This document shows positions 39,650-52,855 of a DNA stretch of 64,000 bases, in pieces. The notes under the pieces were generated by a model. The model was not told the DNA's origin. It saw only the letters and a program-made list of their open reading frames with translations, and searched no databases. A program made the position numbers and the translations under genes. Within the stretch, counting starts at the first letter, position 1; every line of letters begins with the position of its first letter. Source of the DNA: Camelus dromedarius. Its lineage: Eukaryota. Location of the stretch: the NCBI RefSeq assembly GCF_036321535.1, contig NC_087436.1, forward strand, positions 73,968,001-74,032,000. Reading direction: 5' to 3'.

Positions 39650-39912
39650 CTCTAGTGTAGTGGTTAAACACCATTCTCCAGAATCACACTACCTGCATTA
39701 AAATCCCAGCTCTCCCATTTCTTAGCTGTCAGACCTTTGACAAGTGTTTGCTTTGTTTTTGAGCTTCTTTGTGCCTCCATTTTCTTATCTGTAAATGGGG
39801 ATAATACCGGTACCTACTTTGTCAGATTGTTTTGAGGTTTAAATAAGTTAATATATGTAAAACACTTAGAATGGTGCCTGTTAGAAAGTTCTCAATACAT
39901 ATTAACTATTAT
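39650..39912 (+). mobile_element. MIR (near full length)
   Basis: tagtgtagtggttaa...tgcctccattttcttatctgtaaatgggg...cacttagaatggtgcctg. Confidence 0.85.
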
Positions 39913-40318
39913 GATTCTTCTTAAAACACAAAGGGGACAAACAACAGGCTTCTGGGCCTGATGCAGCCCACAAACAGCTAGTATGCACCCTATGACCCAC
40001 CCTGAGTTTAGAGGAGAAACTGAGGCCCACAGAGGTTAAATGACGTGTGAAGGTCATTCAGTTAGTTAGGGTTGAGTTGTCACCAGGAACCAGCTTCTTC
40101 CCACTGCACTGTGTCCCTTTAAAAGATAAGAAAGCATCCTAGGAGGGGCCCCAGCTTGTGAGTATCCTTCACAAAGAGAATGGATAGATGGATGGTAGAG
40201 ATAGTAGTTGATAATAATGGATTAGATTTACACATAGTGACACAGATGGTCCTTTATAATATCGTGCTTGGTAAACAAGTAACAGAGTAGTGCCATTTAC
40301 ATAAATTAAGAATACACG

Positions 40319-40875
40319 TCAGAGAAAACTCTACTTTGAAAAGATACATGCACCCCAATGTTCATAGCATGTTCATAGCAGCAGTATTTACAGTAGCCAA
40401 GACATGGAAGCAACCTAACTGTCTATGACTGGATAAAGAAAATATGGTATGTACATATACAATGGAATACTACTCAGCCATAAAAAAGAATGAAATAATG
40501 CCATTTGCAGCAACATGGATGGATCTGGAGACTGTCATTCTAAGTGAAGTAAGCCAGAGAAAGAAATAGCATATGATATCACTTACATGTGGAATCTTAA
40601 AAAAATGACACAAATGAACATATTCACAAACCAGAAATAGATTCACAGACATAGAAAACTATGGTTACCAAAAGGGAAAGGAGGGAGGGATAAATTTTAA
40701 CATATACACACTACTGTATATAAAATAGGTAGAGAACAGGGTCCTACTTTATAACACAGGGAACTATATTCAGTATCTTATAATAACCTATAATGGAAAA
40801 GAATCTGAAAGAGAATAGACCTATGTATTTATATAACTCAATCACTTTGCTGTACACCTGAAGCTAACACAACAA
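40319..40875 (+). mobile_element. L1 3' fragment ending about 165 bp upstream of FAM47E exon 2
   Basis: aagatacatgcaccccaatgttcatagc...tgtacacctgaagctaacacaac. Confidence 0.88.
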
Positions 40876-41038
40876 AGAAATAAAACAGGAGACTAGTTAT
40901 AATGTGCCATGATTCAACCTTCTCCTCATGACCCTCTTCCCCCACCTCTCCTCCTCAAAACAGGTGAAGGCCAGCCTCCTCACAATCTCCTCCCACCTGA
41001 CCCTTGTGGTCCATACCTCAGGGCATGTTGCTTTTCAG

Positions 41039-41408
41039 GTACAAAGAGAATCTTCCTTCTAAGAGCTTCATGAAGCACAAGAGCGGGCTGACGTGTCCCA
41101 CCTCCCTGAACAGCCGGCGGTGGAGGTTTGTGAGAACGGGGCTGGATGACTTCAGGAAAGGCTGCCCGCCTTGCGAAGATCCGATCACCCGGGGCCTGGC
41201 GGAGGGCTTTCTCCCCAAGATTTACCACAGAGCTCCACGACCTACCCCAAAGAGGAGGCACAACATGCTGCCCAGGGATGCAGCCCTGTGTTCCAAGCTC
41301 TCGCCAGCCCAGCAGGCACGGAAGGCATTCCTGGTGGACGTGGAGGCCCAGCTGACCCCACACCCCTTGGCTCTCTACCCAGATCTGGAAGAAGACATGC
41401 CTGCAGAG
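41039..41408 (+). CDS. FAM47E: FAM47E coding exon 2 (370 nt)
   Basis: Acceptor cttttcag|G; (W)YKENLPSKSFMKHKSG...GLDDFRKGCPP...SKLSPAQQARKAFLVDVEAQLTPHPLALYPDLEEDMPAE, typical FAM47 motifs; donor GAG|GTGACC. Confidence 0.92.
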
Positions 41409-41829
41409 GTGACCTGTCCCAGGGTTGTGGGCAGGCTTCAGTGGGGCCTGGAGAACATTGCTCCTTAGATGCCTGAGGAGTTCCCTCCTGGGGGATCATA
41501 TTTATAGGGTGGAGAGGATGATGAATGTCTCCCGGGGGTGAGGGTTCTCCTGGGGTTTGGAGCAGCCTTCCTCTCTCTGCCCCCAGGAAATACAAATGGC
41601 AGCAACACACCCGCGGCTCCCTGTGCTTCCTGTGATGCTGTCCGACTCATAAAGTCCCAGCAAACCAGACATGTTTGACTTCTTTACCCCTGAAGTTCGA
41701 CTGGTCTGCTTAGGAATTGTTCAGTCTTGCTTCTGTCACTTTAGCCTGGTCTTAGGAGGTGTCCATAGAAATTATTAACTGATGGACAGAAGGCACATGA
41801 GCACCTGAAATGTTACCAGGAAATTCACC

Positions 41830-42237
41830 AAACTGTCAGGACTAGGGCTGGGCAGCAGCAGCTCCATTATGTCACCAACGTCCCAGGCATTTTTTAACTT
41901 TCAGTTCCAATATCCTTAGCATGTGTCTCTTGTCCTTATAGCTCAAAATGGCTTCCACACCTGTAGGCATCTGGGGGTGTTTTGGTCTCTTTTTCAAACA
42001 AGAAGGGGAAGGGGCAAAGGTTAAAGCCGGCTGATGCTGTCTTTTAATTAGGCAAAGAATAGCTTTCCCAGTAAACATCTCATTCAGCGGACTACTCCCA
42101 GCTGCTAGGGAGTCTAGAAAATGGAGTTTCCTGGTTGGGCATTGCAGCACTGAACAAAATCTAAACAAAATTTTGTTAGATTTAAGTAAAGGGGACAGAA
42201 TGGATATTGGGCAGGGAACTAATGGTGCCTTCTACTC
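41830..42237 (-). mobile_element. MaLR LTR (MLT1J/K-like)
   Basis: cccagctgctagggagtctagaaaatggagtttc...aatggatattgggcagg. Confidence 0.6.
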
Positions 42238-42289
42238 TCCCCCGGCCCCACTTCCACAGTCAGTTCCATGTCAGCGAGCATGACAGTTG

Positions 42290-42833
42290 TTGGGAAGGTC
42301 AACTCCTCTGCTCAAAGCTTCTCACTCCGAGTGAAGTCGTTGCCGTGGTCTGAAATGCCCTGCGTGTCCTGCACTCTACCCAGCCCCTGCTTTGCTGCCT
42401 CACCAACCTCACTGCCCACTCCTCTGCCGTCGCTCACCCTGGGGCAGCCACTCTGGCCTCCTGGCTGCTCTGCAGACATGAACAAGCTTGTCCAGTTCAG
42501 GTCTCAGTTCCTGTGTCTGGAGCACTTGCCCCCAGAAGTCTGCCTGGCTCACCGTCACTGCCTTCAGCTCTTTCCTCAAATATTTCCTAATTGGAGAGGC
42601 CTGTATAAAACAACATTTCCCTTCTCCCTTCGTCCTCTATCCCTTACCATGATCTATTTCCATCAGAGCCGTTGCCAGCACTGGGCTCCTCGCTAGAATA
42701 AAAGTTCTATAAGGGCAGGGCCTTTCCGGGGCAGGGATTTAACTGTGTCTTTCACTGTGTGCCACCAAAACCTGGCATATGGTAGACACTCAGTAAATAT
42801 TTATGGATAATGAATGAATGAATGAATGAATGA
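42290..42833 (+). mobile_element. L2 3' end with (TGAA)n tail
   Basis: cctggcatatggtagacactcagtaaatatttatggataatgaatgaatgaatg. Confidence 0.8.
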
Positions 42834-42989
42834 TCAGTGTCAGGGAAGCCTATAGAAAGGACAACTGGAATTTCTAGTCAATGATTTGCCCCCTGGGGCT
42901 TTCCTTCACTGCCTCATTCAGGCCAGAGCTTCTGAGTCCGTGACAAAGGGATTGTTAGCGCTCATCCTTAGAGGGTACGTGGGATTGTG

Positions 42990-43360
42990 GCTCTTATGCC
43001 CACGTCTGACCCCCTCAAATAGACGTGTTGGCTTCCTTCTGAAGCAGGATCTCTTCTTGTGGTGCTATGATGCCAACAGCAGCTGTAGATGCAAATTTCA
43101 CCCAGAAAAACAACACCTCTTTTTTCATGATTCCAGCAAAATTCCGTAACCCAATTTCCCTGGGTATCACTTAGGTCTTGTACCTATTCCTAAGCCAGTC
43201 ACTGTGGGCCTGACTGGCTTGGCCAACCTGTGGACTGACCTGTGGAGCAGTCAGGCCACTTCAGACCACAAGGGCTGAGAGTGGAAGGAGAGGAGATTCT
43301 CCAAAGAAAAAATCTAGATACTGTTACTCGTAAGAGGAAGAACGGATGGCGGGCAGTCAA
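42990..43360 (-). mobile_element. MaLR LTR fragment (MLT1K/L-like)
   Basis: cctaagccagtcactgtgg...ggctgagagtggaaggagaggagattctccaaagaaaaaatc. Confidence 0.5.
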
Positions 43361-43648
43361 GACTCAGAAATCCTCTTGAGGCACCTTCCTCAGCTGGGGT
43401 CGAGGGGGCCCAGAGGCAGTGTTCCATCAAGAGGAGATAGAACTTCAGTAAACGGCTGCACAGCCAATGTCTAAGTGATGGACGTTTACCAGCAGCAATC
43501 AGCATGGTACTTGCACTGAAATTGTTGAATGGCTTTGACCAACTGGAAAGGAAACGCAAAGGACCGAGTAGACCTGTTCTGTGTCAGAATCAAGGGACCC
43601 CATTTTCAACACGTCTTTCTCCCCTCCAACGCTGTTTTCTGTTTGCAG

Positions 43649-43779
43649 CTCCTATTAAAGGTGCTGGACGTGCTGGATCCTGAACAGAAGCTGGAGGACA
43701 CATGGGCTTATTGTCAAGGCATCACGAAAAGAGTGAAGGAACCTACAAAACTTTTTAAAAAACGTTCTACCCTGGAACT
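43649..43779 (+). CDS. FAM47E: FAM47E coding exon 3 (131 nt)
   Basis: Acceptor gtttgcag|; LLLKVLDVLDPEQKLEDTWAYCQGITKRVKEPTKLFKKRSTLE+CT; donor CT|GTAAGT. Confidence 0.92.
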
Positions 43780-43836
43780 GTAAGTATCGTTCGTAACCTC
43801 TCACTCATTCCTGTCCTCTAATGAAACATTCTAGTA

Positions 43837-44343
43837 GAGATCTTCCTTGACTTACAGTGGGTTATATCCTGATAAAGCCATGGTAAATGGAAAACATCCT
43901 AAGTCGAAAATGCATTTAACACACCTAACCTACCAAACCACATAGCTTAGCCTGGCAAACCTTAAACATGCTCAGAACACTTACATTAGCCTACAGTTGG
44001 GCACAGTCATCTAACATGAAGCCTACTGTATAATAAAGTGTTGAATATCTCAAGTAATTTATTGAATACTGGACTGAAGGTGAGAAACGGGACGGTTGTG
44101 AGGATCCAGAATGGTTGGAAGTATGTTGGCTGTTTCCCCTCGTGATCATATGGCTGACCTGGAGCTGCAGTTCACTGCCTCTGCCCAGCATCAGGAAGGA
44201 GTACCATTACTGCGTATTGCTAGCCTGGGAAAAGATCCAGATTCAGAATTCGAAGTACATTTTCTGTTGGATGAATGTTGCTTTTGCACCATTGTGAAGT
44301 CAAAAAATCATTAAGTTGAACCAATGTAAGTCAGTGACTACGT
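43837..44343. mobile_element. TcMar-Tigger non-autonomous element (Tigger5/MER47-like)
   Basis: Terminal gacttac.../...gtaagtc inverted motifs; internal gcatttaacacacctaacctacc...gaacacttacattagcctacagttgggc. Confidence 0.8.
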
Positions 44344-46307
44344 TTATCATCTCAAAGCTTCTCATCTTTAGACTATTTTGGGAATAATTAAGAATCTTTA
44401 AAATGACTAAGAGGAGCAAATTGACTAAGTTCTCAAGGAGGAGGGAAAGAGCCTTGGGTCCCACCCTGAATAGTGTTTATTTCGGAAATGGATATGAATT
44501 ATCCGACAATGCAGCAAAAATGGCTGTGTCCATGTGACTCTAGAACAGTTGAGAAAAGAGAAAAACTGCAGGAAACCCGATTGATTGACCCCCAGGGGCA
44601 TTTTGAATTATCTGTAGCAGAAGCCTATTTAGCATGATTGGAATCAGTAGTCAGTTGAATAACCAAAAAACAAATTAATAGAGGGAATTATGGAAGATGA
44701 TATTTAAGTACTTGACACATTTTTATTTTACCCTGGTCTTACCTTTATTTTACCTTGCTGGTCTTTTACTATAAATCCTTTTTTTTGCAGTGTGGGTCTG
44801 CTGCTTAGAGTTCCCAGTCATCATTTTTTTGCATAAACTACATCAGTAATGCCACCTTCATTGAACCTTTCCAAAGAACCAAGCTTAATTTTCATCGAAA
44901 CAACCCTTTTGTATCATACTCTCATTTCCCCCATTCACGTTTAATTTAAAATGTAAAGGCAATGATAAGTATACTCAATACAAACAGATTTGAGCTATGC
45001 ACTTGACTTTTGAAATTAATGGCGTCACGGGCGGGCACTGAAGAGTGTGGGTGAACTGGAGACCAGCCCATCCTCAGCACCCAGACAACTTATCAGAGAT
45101 TTGCTAGCCACAAGAGTTACCTTCATGGAGGTGGACGGAGAGAGGATCCACTGATTAAATTATACATGTTGGTTAGGGTGAGCCCCAAGGTGGCAGGAAC
45201 CCCACTGTTCTGGCCCCTCAGTGTACCCCTGGTAAATCTGGGGAGAACAACTGGGCACACCCATCTCAGTGCCCTTCTACTGGGAAGCAAGATGGCCCAG
45301 AGAAGCACAAATTCTCCTCTGCTCCTTCCTTCTTGAGGGGAGCCCCACCCTGGTCCACCCCGCTGGGACCTGGGTAGGACAGTCTGCCTATTTCTGGGTT
45401 TCTGTTAGCAAGTCCTCTTGGACCTGAGCCCAGGTACTCCAATATGGCTGCTGCCAGTAATAAAGGTAACATTTTGGCTTTTGTCTTTGCTCTTTGTATT
45501 ATTTTTCAGTGCTCAGAACGTGGGTGGGGAAGAGGAAGGAGTGTTATAAGTAGGGGGTCCCCTTGGAGACTCCAACAGTGTGAGTCAGTGTGGTCCTGTG
45601 AGCATCTTTGAATTCTTGACCCTCAGGGAACCATTGGCTAGTTCTCTCTATGTGAAAAGACCAACAGTACTTTCTAAGCACCTACTGTGGGTCATGGGTA
45701 ATGCTATGTTCTGAGGACACAGTGATAAACAGGTTAGGACCCCTGTCCTCGTGCCGATCATAGACTGGTGTGGAAGAAAGCATGAAATACCAGGGGCATG
45801 AGTCTTTGTTCACAAAGCCATATGTTTGTAAAATACTAATTTTCTTTTATTTCTACTTATAGCTGACCTGAAGCCCTCATCCCTCTGAACAGCAAACATT
45901 CAATCATGGTCATTATTTTAGCGTAAGAAAGTGGGATAGGTCTCCAGTAATTATGGGAATGATATTTAACTTCTTTCTGGTCTTTGGGACTCTTCTTTAC
46001 CTCAATTCTTGCTGCTTTTGCTGCACTCTGTACCCTACCCCTCTCTTCCCATCCCATCCACAACACCTACATAATTACTTCAATGACCTTGGGTTTCTAT
46101 ACAATATAGGATCTGCCTTTAACTTAGGCAGTGAAGTCAATCTAGCAAAAATCTCCAGGGCAAGAAATTTCAAACTAATGGGTCATCTACTTAAAAGGAA
46201 AGAAGGTAAACGTATAGAAGAAATGAACAAAATTAATGTGTTAATAAATGATTGTACCACAAAAATCAATGTATAATTATATAACGGTGAGTTTTTCTAT
46301 CAGTCGT

Positions 46308-46762
46308 CTTCTTAGGTTCCTATGGCTCCTGTACAAAGTAACACAAACTGAATGGCTTAAACCACATAAATTTATTATCGTACAGTTTTGGAGGCCTGAA
46401 ATCTGAAATCAGCAATACTGTGCAGAAATAAAGTATTGGCAGGGCCATGTTCCCCTCCTGGTGGCTGCTGGCATTACTTGGCGTGTGGCTGTATCACTCC
46501 CATCTTCAAGGGAAGCATCTTCAAGTCTCTCGCTGCTCTGTCATCACCTTCTCCTTGGTGTGCCTGTCATTCTTCCTCTGCCTCTCTCTTATAAGGACAC
46601 TGCAATGGCATTTAGGTCCCACACTGATAATCCAGGATATTCCCATCAGAAGCTCCTTAATGTGATCATACCTATAAAGACTCTTTTTCCGAATAAAGTA
46701 ACATTTACAGGTTCCAAGGATCAGCACATGATCTCTTTGGGAGCTACTATCAGCCTCTCACT
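46308..46762 (-). mobile_element. MaLR LTR (MLT1B/C-like)
   Basis: acacaaactgaatggcttaaaccacataaatttatt...ctcttataaggacact...acatttacaggttccaagg. Confidence 0.8.
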
Positions 46763-46789
46763 GATATGAGGTAATATCTCCCATCTTAA

Positions 46790-47829
46790 AAAAAAACAAA
46801 CTGTCTTTGACTATTCAGTCTTTTCTTCACTTTAGAGCAAAGCTCCTTGAAAGAGGTATGTGCACTCACTTCCTCTTTTCATTCTTTCCCTGAACTCACA
46901 GCAATCAGCACTCCACTGGATCTCCCCTTGGTCAAGATCACCACTGACCTCTATGCTACCTAATCAGTTCTCAGTGATCACCATTTGGTGTATCAGTAGC
47001 AGTGGACACAGTTGGTGATGTCTTCTTTCTTGAAACACTTTTCCACTTGGCCTCTGGAGCATCCTCTTTCTTGGTTCTCCTCCTGCTTCATGGCTCTCTC
47101 CCTAGTTTTCTTTGCTGGTCCTCCCTCACCTTCCATTTAACCTTGGAGCGCATCAGTCTCTGACATCTTCTTTTCTGCATGTTTACACACACCTAAGTGA
47201 CCTCATCCAGTCCATCTATGTGTAGATGTTTAACATTTGCACTTGAATTGGCATCTCAGACTCGACAAGTCCAAATTGAACTCTTGATTTCTTCCCCAAA
47301 CCTACTCTGTCTTCTTCAGATCAGTAAATAGTAACTCCATTTTTCCCTGGCTTAAAAAAATTTTTTTTTTAAATTGAAGTATAGTCAATTTACAATGTTG
47401 TGTCAATTTCTGGTGTACAGCATAGTGTTTCAGTCATACATATATATACATATTCCTTTTCATATTCTTTTTCATTATAGGTTACTACAAGATATTGAAT
47501 ATAGTTCCCTGAGCTATACAGAAGAAACTTGTTGTGTATCTATTTTATATAGAGTAGTTAGTATCTGCAAATCTCAAGCTCTCAATTTATCCCCCCACCC
47601 ACACTTTTCCTCCTGGTAACCATAAGTTTGTTTTCTATGTCTGTGAGTCTGTTTCTGTTTTATAAATAAGTTCATTTGTGTCCTTTTTTAGATTCCACAT
47701 ATAAGTGATATCATAAGGTATTTTTCTTTCTCTTTCTGACTTTCTTCACTTAGAATGACAGTCTCCAGGTCCATCCATGTTGCAGCAAGTGGCATTATTT
47801 CATTCTTTTTTATGGCTAAGTAGTATTCC

Positions 47830-47877
<48 letters not shown>

Positions 47878-49035
47878 TGTACGTACATACATATACTTCT
47901 TTATCTATTCATCTATCGATGTAACATTTGGGTTGTTTCCATGTCTTGGCTATTGCAAATAGTGCTGCTTTGAATACTGGGGTGCATGTATCTTTTCCAG
48001 TTAGAGTTTTCTCCAGATATATGCCCAGGACTGGGATTGCTGGATCATATAGTAAGTCTAATTTTAGTTTTTAAAGGAATCTCCATACTGTTTTCCATAA
48101 TGGTTGTACCAAACTACATTCCCACCAACAGTGTAGGAGGGTTCCCTGTTCTCCACACCCTCTTCAACGTTTATCATTTGTGGACTTTTGAATGATGGCC
48201 ATTCTGACTGGTGTGAGGTGGTACCTCATTCTGTGGCTTTTGAAACAATAGTTGTGACCTGCCAACAAATCCTAATGGCTTTACCTTTGAAATAGATGTA
48301 GAATTTCACCTGTTCTACTACTGTCAGTCTATTCCAAGATTCTATCATCTCTTGCCTGCACTATTGGAATAGTTTACTGACTGTCTCATGGCCTCCACCC
48401 AGCCTTCACCCTCTACTTCAATCTATGTGTTGCACAGTAGCTAAAGTGATTCTGTAAAACATTTAAGTCAGATAGTGTCAGTCCTATGTCAAACTTTCCA
48501 ATTGCTTACTTGGAGTAAAATCCAAAGTCCTTACACTTTCCTCTGAAGTCCCTTATGATCAGGTTCCTGTTACATCTCAAGCCTCATTCTCTACTACTCT
48601 ATCAGTCACACTCCTCTTCAGTCACACTGGCCTCTTTGTGTTTCTTGTACACACTTGGCACCTACCTCAGGGCCTTTGCATGTGCTGTTCTTGTCTTCCC
48701 AGTATCTGTGTTGTTTGATATCTACATGGTTTGTTCCCTTTCTTCTTTTGGGTCTGCTCAAATATCACTTTAGTAGAGAGGTGTTTTCTGTATAAATAAA
48801 AAGCCTCCTGTCATCACTCTATATCCTTCCTGCCCCATTTTATTTTTCTTTATATCACTTATAATCACCTAGTATTTATTTGTGTACCTCTTTCCTATCT
48901 GTTTCTCCCCACTCAATTGTAAGCTCTATGAGGGCAGGGTCTTAATTTTATTCACAACTGACTCCTAATGCCTAGAATAGTCCCTGATACATAGTTATTG
49001 CCTAATAAATGTTTGAATTGATGGATGGATGAGTT
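46790..49035 (+). mobile_element. L2 (long 3' portion) interrupted by an L1
   Basis: L2 motifs on both sides of the L1, ending gcctagaatagtccctgatacatag...aataaatgtttgaattgatggatg. Confidence 0.75.
47360..48230 (-). mobile_element. L1 3' fragment containing a (TG)n microsatellite at about 47833-47880
   Basis: Antisense L1 from the T tract through ...ggccattctgactggtgtgaggtggtacctcatt. Confidence 0.9.
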
Positions 49036-49405
49036 AATATATGGGTGTTATGAATAAAAGGCACTGTGTGCTCTGTGTAATGTGTGTGCTCTGGGGACAG
49101 GCTCCCTGAGGAAGGGAGGTATGTGGGCGACATAAGGGCGATGAGGGATTGGAGAAGGCGCTGCAGTCAGATGGAACATGTACATGGGCAGAGGCCCTGT
49201 GGCTGGATGGGAGCGTGATAAATTCATGGAACTGAGAGAGGGCCACCACAGCTGGAACTCAGAGAGTAAGGAAGAGTGGAAGTTCCAGAAGCATCTGGAA
49301 AGACAGGCAAGGAACAGGTGATGAAGAGCCTTGAAAACTAAGACTTAGATCTTGGAGGAGTTACTTGGAGTTAGTTACCTGGAGGAGTAACAAGAAGCTA
49401 TTGAA

Positions 49406-49901
49406 CACAAGAATTTATACCTGAATGTCCATAGCAGCATTATTTACAATAGCCGAAAAGTGGCAACACTCCAATGTCCATCAACTGATGATGGATAAAC
49501 AAAATGCAGTCTAGCCACACAATGGAATATTATTCAGCCATAAAAAAGGAATACACTACTGACACATGCTACAGTATGTGTGAAACTTGAAAATATTATG
49601 CTAAGTGAAAGAAGCCAAATACAGAAGATCATATATTATATGGTTCCATTCAGATAAAATGTCCAGAATAGGCAAATCCTTAGAAACAGAAAGTAGATTA
49701 GTGGTTTTCAGGAGAAGAGAGAATGTGGGGGATGATAAGTGACTGTTACTGGTGATGGGGCTTTTTTGTTGGTGATGAAGATGTTCCAGAATTAGGTAGT
49801 GGTGATGGTTGCACAACTCTGTAAATGTATGAAAGCCACTGCATTGTATACTTTGAAATGGTAAATATTATGGTATGTGAATTTTACCTCAATTTTTGAA
49901 G
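49406..49901 (+). mobile_element. L1MB-type 3' end in an antisense L2 remnant
   Basis: Perfect 13-bp TSD AGAAGCTATTGAA at 49393-49405 and 49902-49914. Confidence 0.85.
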
Positions 49902-50317
49902 AGAAGCTATTGAAGAGGCTTAATCCAGGATGAAGCGTAGTGGCATTTGAGAAGACCAGATTTACATTTTGAAATAACATTTTAGGTCACAGTGTAGAGA
50001 ATGGATTAGGGATGGGCTGTCAGGGCCTTAAGAGAAGATGCAGAGACACCAGCAAGGAGCCTTTTGCAACAGTTCAGAGGAGAGTTTAAAATCTACCAGA
50101 TTTATTCATGGGATGGATTCTAGGGCTGAGGGAGAAAGAAGTCAAGCATGTCTATTTGTCAAGATTGTCTAAGGTTTCAGCAGATTCCAAGAGCTGTAAT
50201 TTGGGTTTTTACCTGGCATATTAGTAAATGGTACTCATAAGTTTTAAAAAAATCAACTTACCATGATAAAGAGCTGTATAGGTTTTAATTGTTCTAAATA
50301 ATTTTGATATAATTGTC

Positions 50318-50405
50318 TGTTTTTTTTAATGGAGGTACCAGGGATTGAACCCAGGACCTTGTGGATGCTAAGCATGTGCTCTACCACTGAGCTATACCTT
50401 CTCCC
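50318..50405 (-). mobile_element. tRNA-Ala-derived SINE (short-tailed)
   Basis: Reverse complement reads ggtatagctcagtggtagagcacatgcttagcat...ggttcaatccctggtacctcca; TSD tataattgtc / tatacttgtc. Confidence 0.88.
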
Positions 50406-50592
50406 TATACTTGTCCTTATGATATTGATAATGAGAATATGATCTTTGAAAAATTAAATAACTTGGATGAGCTTGCAAGAGACTGCTAGAAATACTTGCA
50501 TTATGATCTCCTTTCTCCAAGACGCTATTTATAATCCACTTGGATTCATAGTGTCTTATATTGTAATTCTTTGATGATCTCATTATTTTTAG

Positions 50593-50743
50593 TCCCAAGA
50601 AGACTCCTATGTCACATTCAGGCCAATGGCTTTATGAAGAAAAGAAGCCAAGTGAAACAGATTTGCTCCACAAAGATGGTCCGCTTCTCCACGAAAATGT
50701 GCGTAAAGGAGTTAGTGATTTCTGCAACTGGGCTACTACTTTT
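50593..50743 (+). CDS. FAM47E: FAM47E coding exon 4 (151 nt; absent from the ORF track)
   Basis: Acceptor tttttag|T; (L)PKKTPMSHSGQWLYEEKKPSETDLLHKDGPLLHENVRKGVSDFCNWATTF; donor TTT|GTAAGT; phases fit exons 3 and 5. Confidence 0.9.
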
Positions 50744-51004
50744 GTAAGTTAGTAGTAATACTTACAATCTACTTTTTAAAGTCAAGATTAAAATTGCTTT
50801 TGTTAAAAACAGTGTTTGAATATAAGCTAAGTCAAAAAGTCATAAAGGAATATTTTGACTTTCCCATCATTTAAAATAGATTTTTTTTTTTTGCAGATGA
50901 AATTTCTGCAAAGTTCGAAGCTTGCAGCCAGTGTTTGAATGTTTATTGCTCATATGTCACATTGCTGTTGTTTCATGTATTTTTTAAGTGACTCTCTTTT
51001 CCTC

Positions 51005-51142
51005 CCCTAGCTTTACTGAGATCTAATTGACATGTAACATTGTGTAAGTTTAAGGTATAGTGTGATGATTTGATACATGTATTATTGTAAAATGATTACC
51101 ACAAAAAGGTTAGTTAACAAATCCATCACCTCACATAATTAC

Positions 51143-51193
<51 letters not shown>

Positions 51194-51352
51194 GGGAACA
51201 TTGAAGATTTACTCTCTTAGCAACTTTCAAGTATATAATACAGTATTATTAACTATAGTCATTATACTGGACATTAGATTCCCAGAACTTATTCATCTTA
51301 TAAGTGGGAATGTGTACCCTTCAGGTGCCATCTCTCCATCTCTCCCACCCCA
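51005..51352 (-). mobile_element. L1MA-type 3' end with a (TG)n at about 51146-51191
   Basis: agctttactgagatctaattgaca...tagattcccagaacttattcatc. Confidence 0.82.
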
Positions 51353-51692
51353 CTGTTTCATAGTTTAATTTTTCATTTCAGTGTCTGGACCTTCTTTTCT
51401 CTCTGTCCTTCACTCCTTCCTTAACTCATTTTTCTGTTATATTTATCGATAAGGACTTGGGCAGCTGTGCTTGACTACAGCCTTTACAAAAAGTATCTGA
51501 CATGAAGAGACTTATGACTCGGTTATCAAGTTCTTTTCTTGCCCTCTTTCCAAGAACTTTTTAAATTACCTATTCCTGTTCCTGAGTCCTTGTAGAAGTC
51601 TAGATTCCTGATGCTTTTTCCTGGATTTAAGATGTTCTAGAATTTTCAATGCCCCTCCCTCACTTTTTGAATGCATTAGTCAGTTTTAGTCA

Positions 51693-52225
51693 ATGTATTA
51701 TTTAGGACTACTTCATTGACCAGTGACTCAAATATAATTCAGACTGAATGAAGGGAGAAAAGGGAACTATCCAGAGGTATTAGGAGCTCCAGGTATAGTT
51801 GGATCTGGGTGCTAAAATGTTTTTAGGTGCTCACCCTATCACTTGGCTGCTCTCCTCTATCTGACTACACTTTCCTGTAGTCTTTCCCTAAGAGATTCAA
51901 AAAGTATCCACAAAACTTTCCAAGCTTATGTTCCACCAGGCAGCAACCTGAGGTGGGAAAAGTGCAATCCTTTTTCCCACAGGGAGAAGTCCAGGTCTTA
52001 CTCTTACCGGACTAACCTTGGTCACACCTGTGCCTGAATTATCCACTATGAGTAAGGAGATGGAATATGCTCATTGGCTAGTCCAGGTCACATGTCTAAC
52101 CTGAGGCCAAGAGGTGGGCGTGTCAAGCCCATCTGCAACAGATTGACTGAGAGTAGGGGAGGGAGGCTCCCTAGAGGATGATGGAGAAGGGATGCTGGAC
52201 AAGGTAGATGATGCTCGTCCTACCA
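51693..52225 (-). mobile_element. MaLR LTR (MLT1J/K-like)
   Basis: tgtattatttaggact...tgctcattggctagtccaggtcacatg...gggatgctggacaagg. Confidence 0.6.
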
Positions 52226-52680
52226 CTGCCTGCCTACAATCTGGCTGGACTGGACTGCCTGATTCCCGGTCTTCCTACTTCTCTCATTCCTACTGCTAGA
52301 GACTGTTCCTCTTTTGAGGCAGGAAATTTAAGGAACCCTAGGATAATAGTTTAGCTGCTCTGGCGACCAGCTTTGTTTTCAATCTCTTATGACCAAGGTC
52401 CCATCTTCATCTGTCATTCTAACTCAGCCCCTATCACATCACCCTGCAGTATTTTCTCTATAGTACTAGCTTATACTGTAATTCCATGCTGTTTATTTTC
52501 TTCCTCATTGATTCTGCTTGCTCTACTTCTGCTCCATTATTGTATCATCCTAGTTTATACTCTTGACTCTATTTCATGACCCTGCTCTATAAACTTCACC
52601 CCAACATCAGCTTCAGTTGCTAATGGCCTCATTCTCTGTGTTCCCTGACTTATATATTCCAAAGCGGGATTGTGTTTAGT

Positions 52681-52855
52681 TTGTAGAGGAGGAAAAAATA
52701 ATTTCCCTTCTACTCTTTTAAGTTCTCTCTGTGGTCCCTATAACAGAAGACAGAATAACAAGAAGAAAACAAGCAGAAGTTTATTAACAAGTATACATGG
52801 GAGAAACCCAGGGAAAAATGAGTAACTCTCCTTAGTGGCATCTTCCCTTATAAGG
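52681..52855 (-). mobile_element. ERV1 LTR fragment (MER31/MER67-like)
   Basis: tgtagaggaggaaaaaataatttcccttctac...agaagtttattaac. Confidence 0.5.

Noticed and set aside
40980..41650. Overlapping antisense and alternative-frame ORFs at FAM47E exon 2
   Set aside because: Shadows of a GC-rich coding exon with no recognisable protein similarity.
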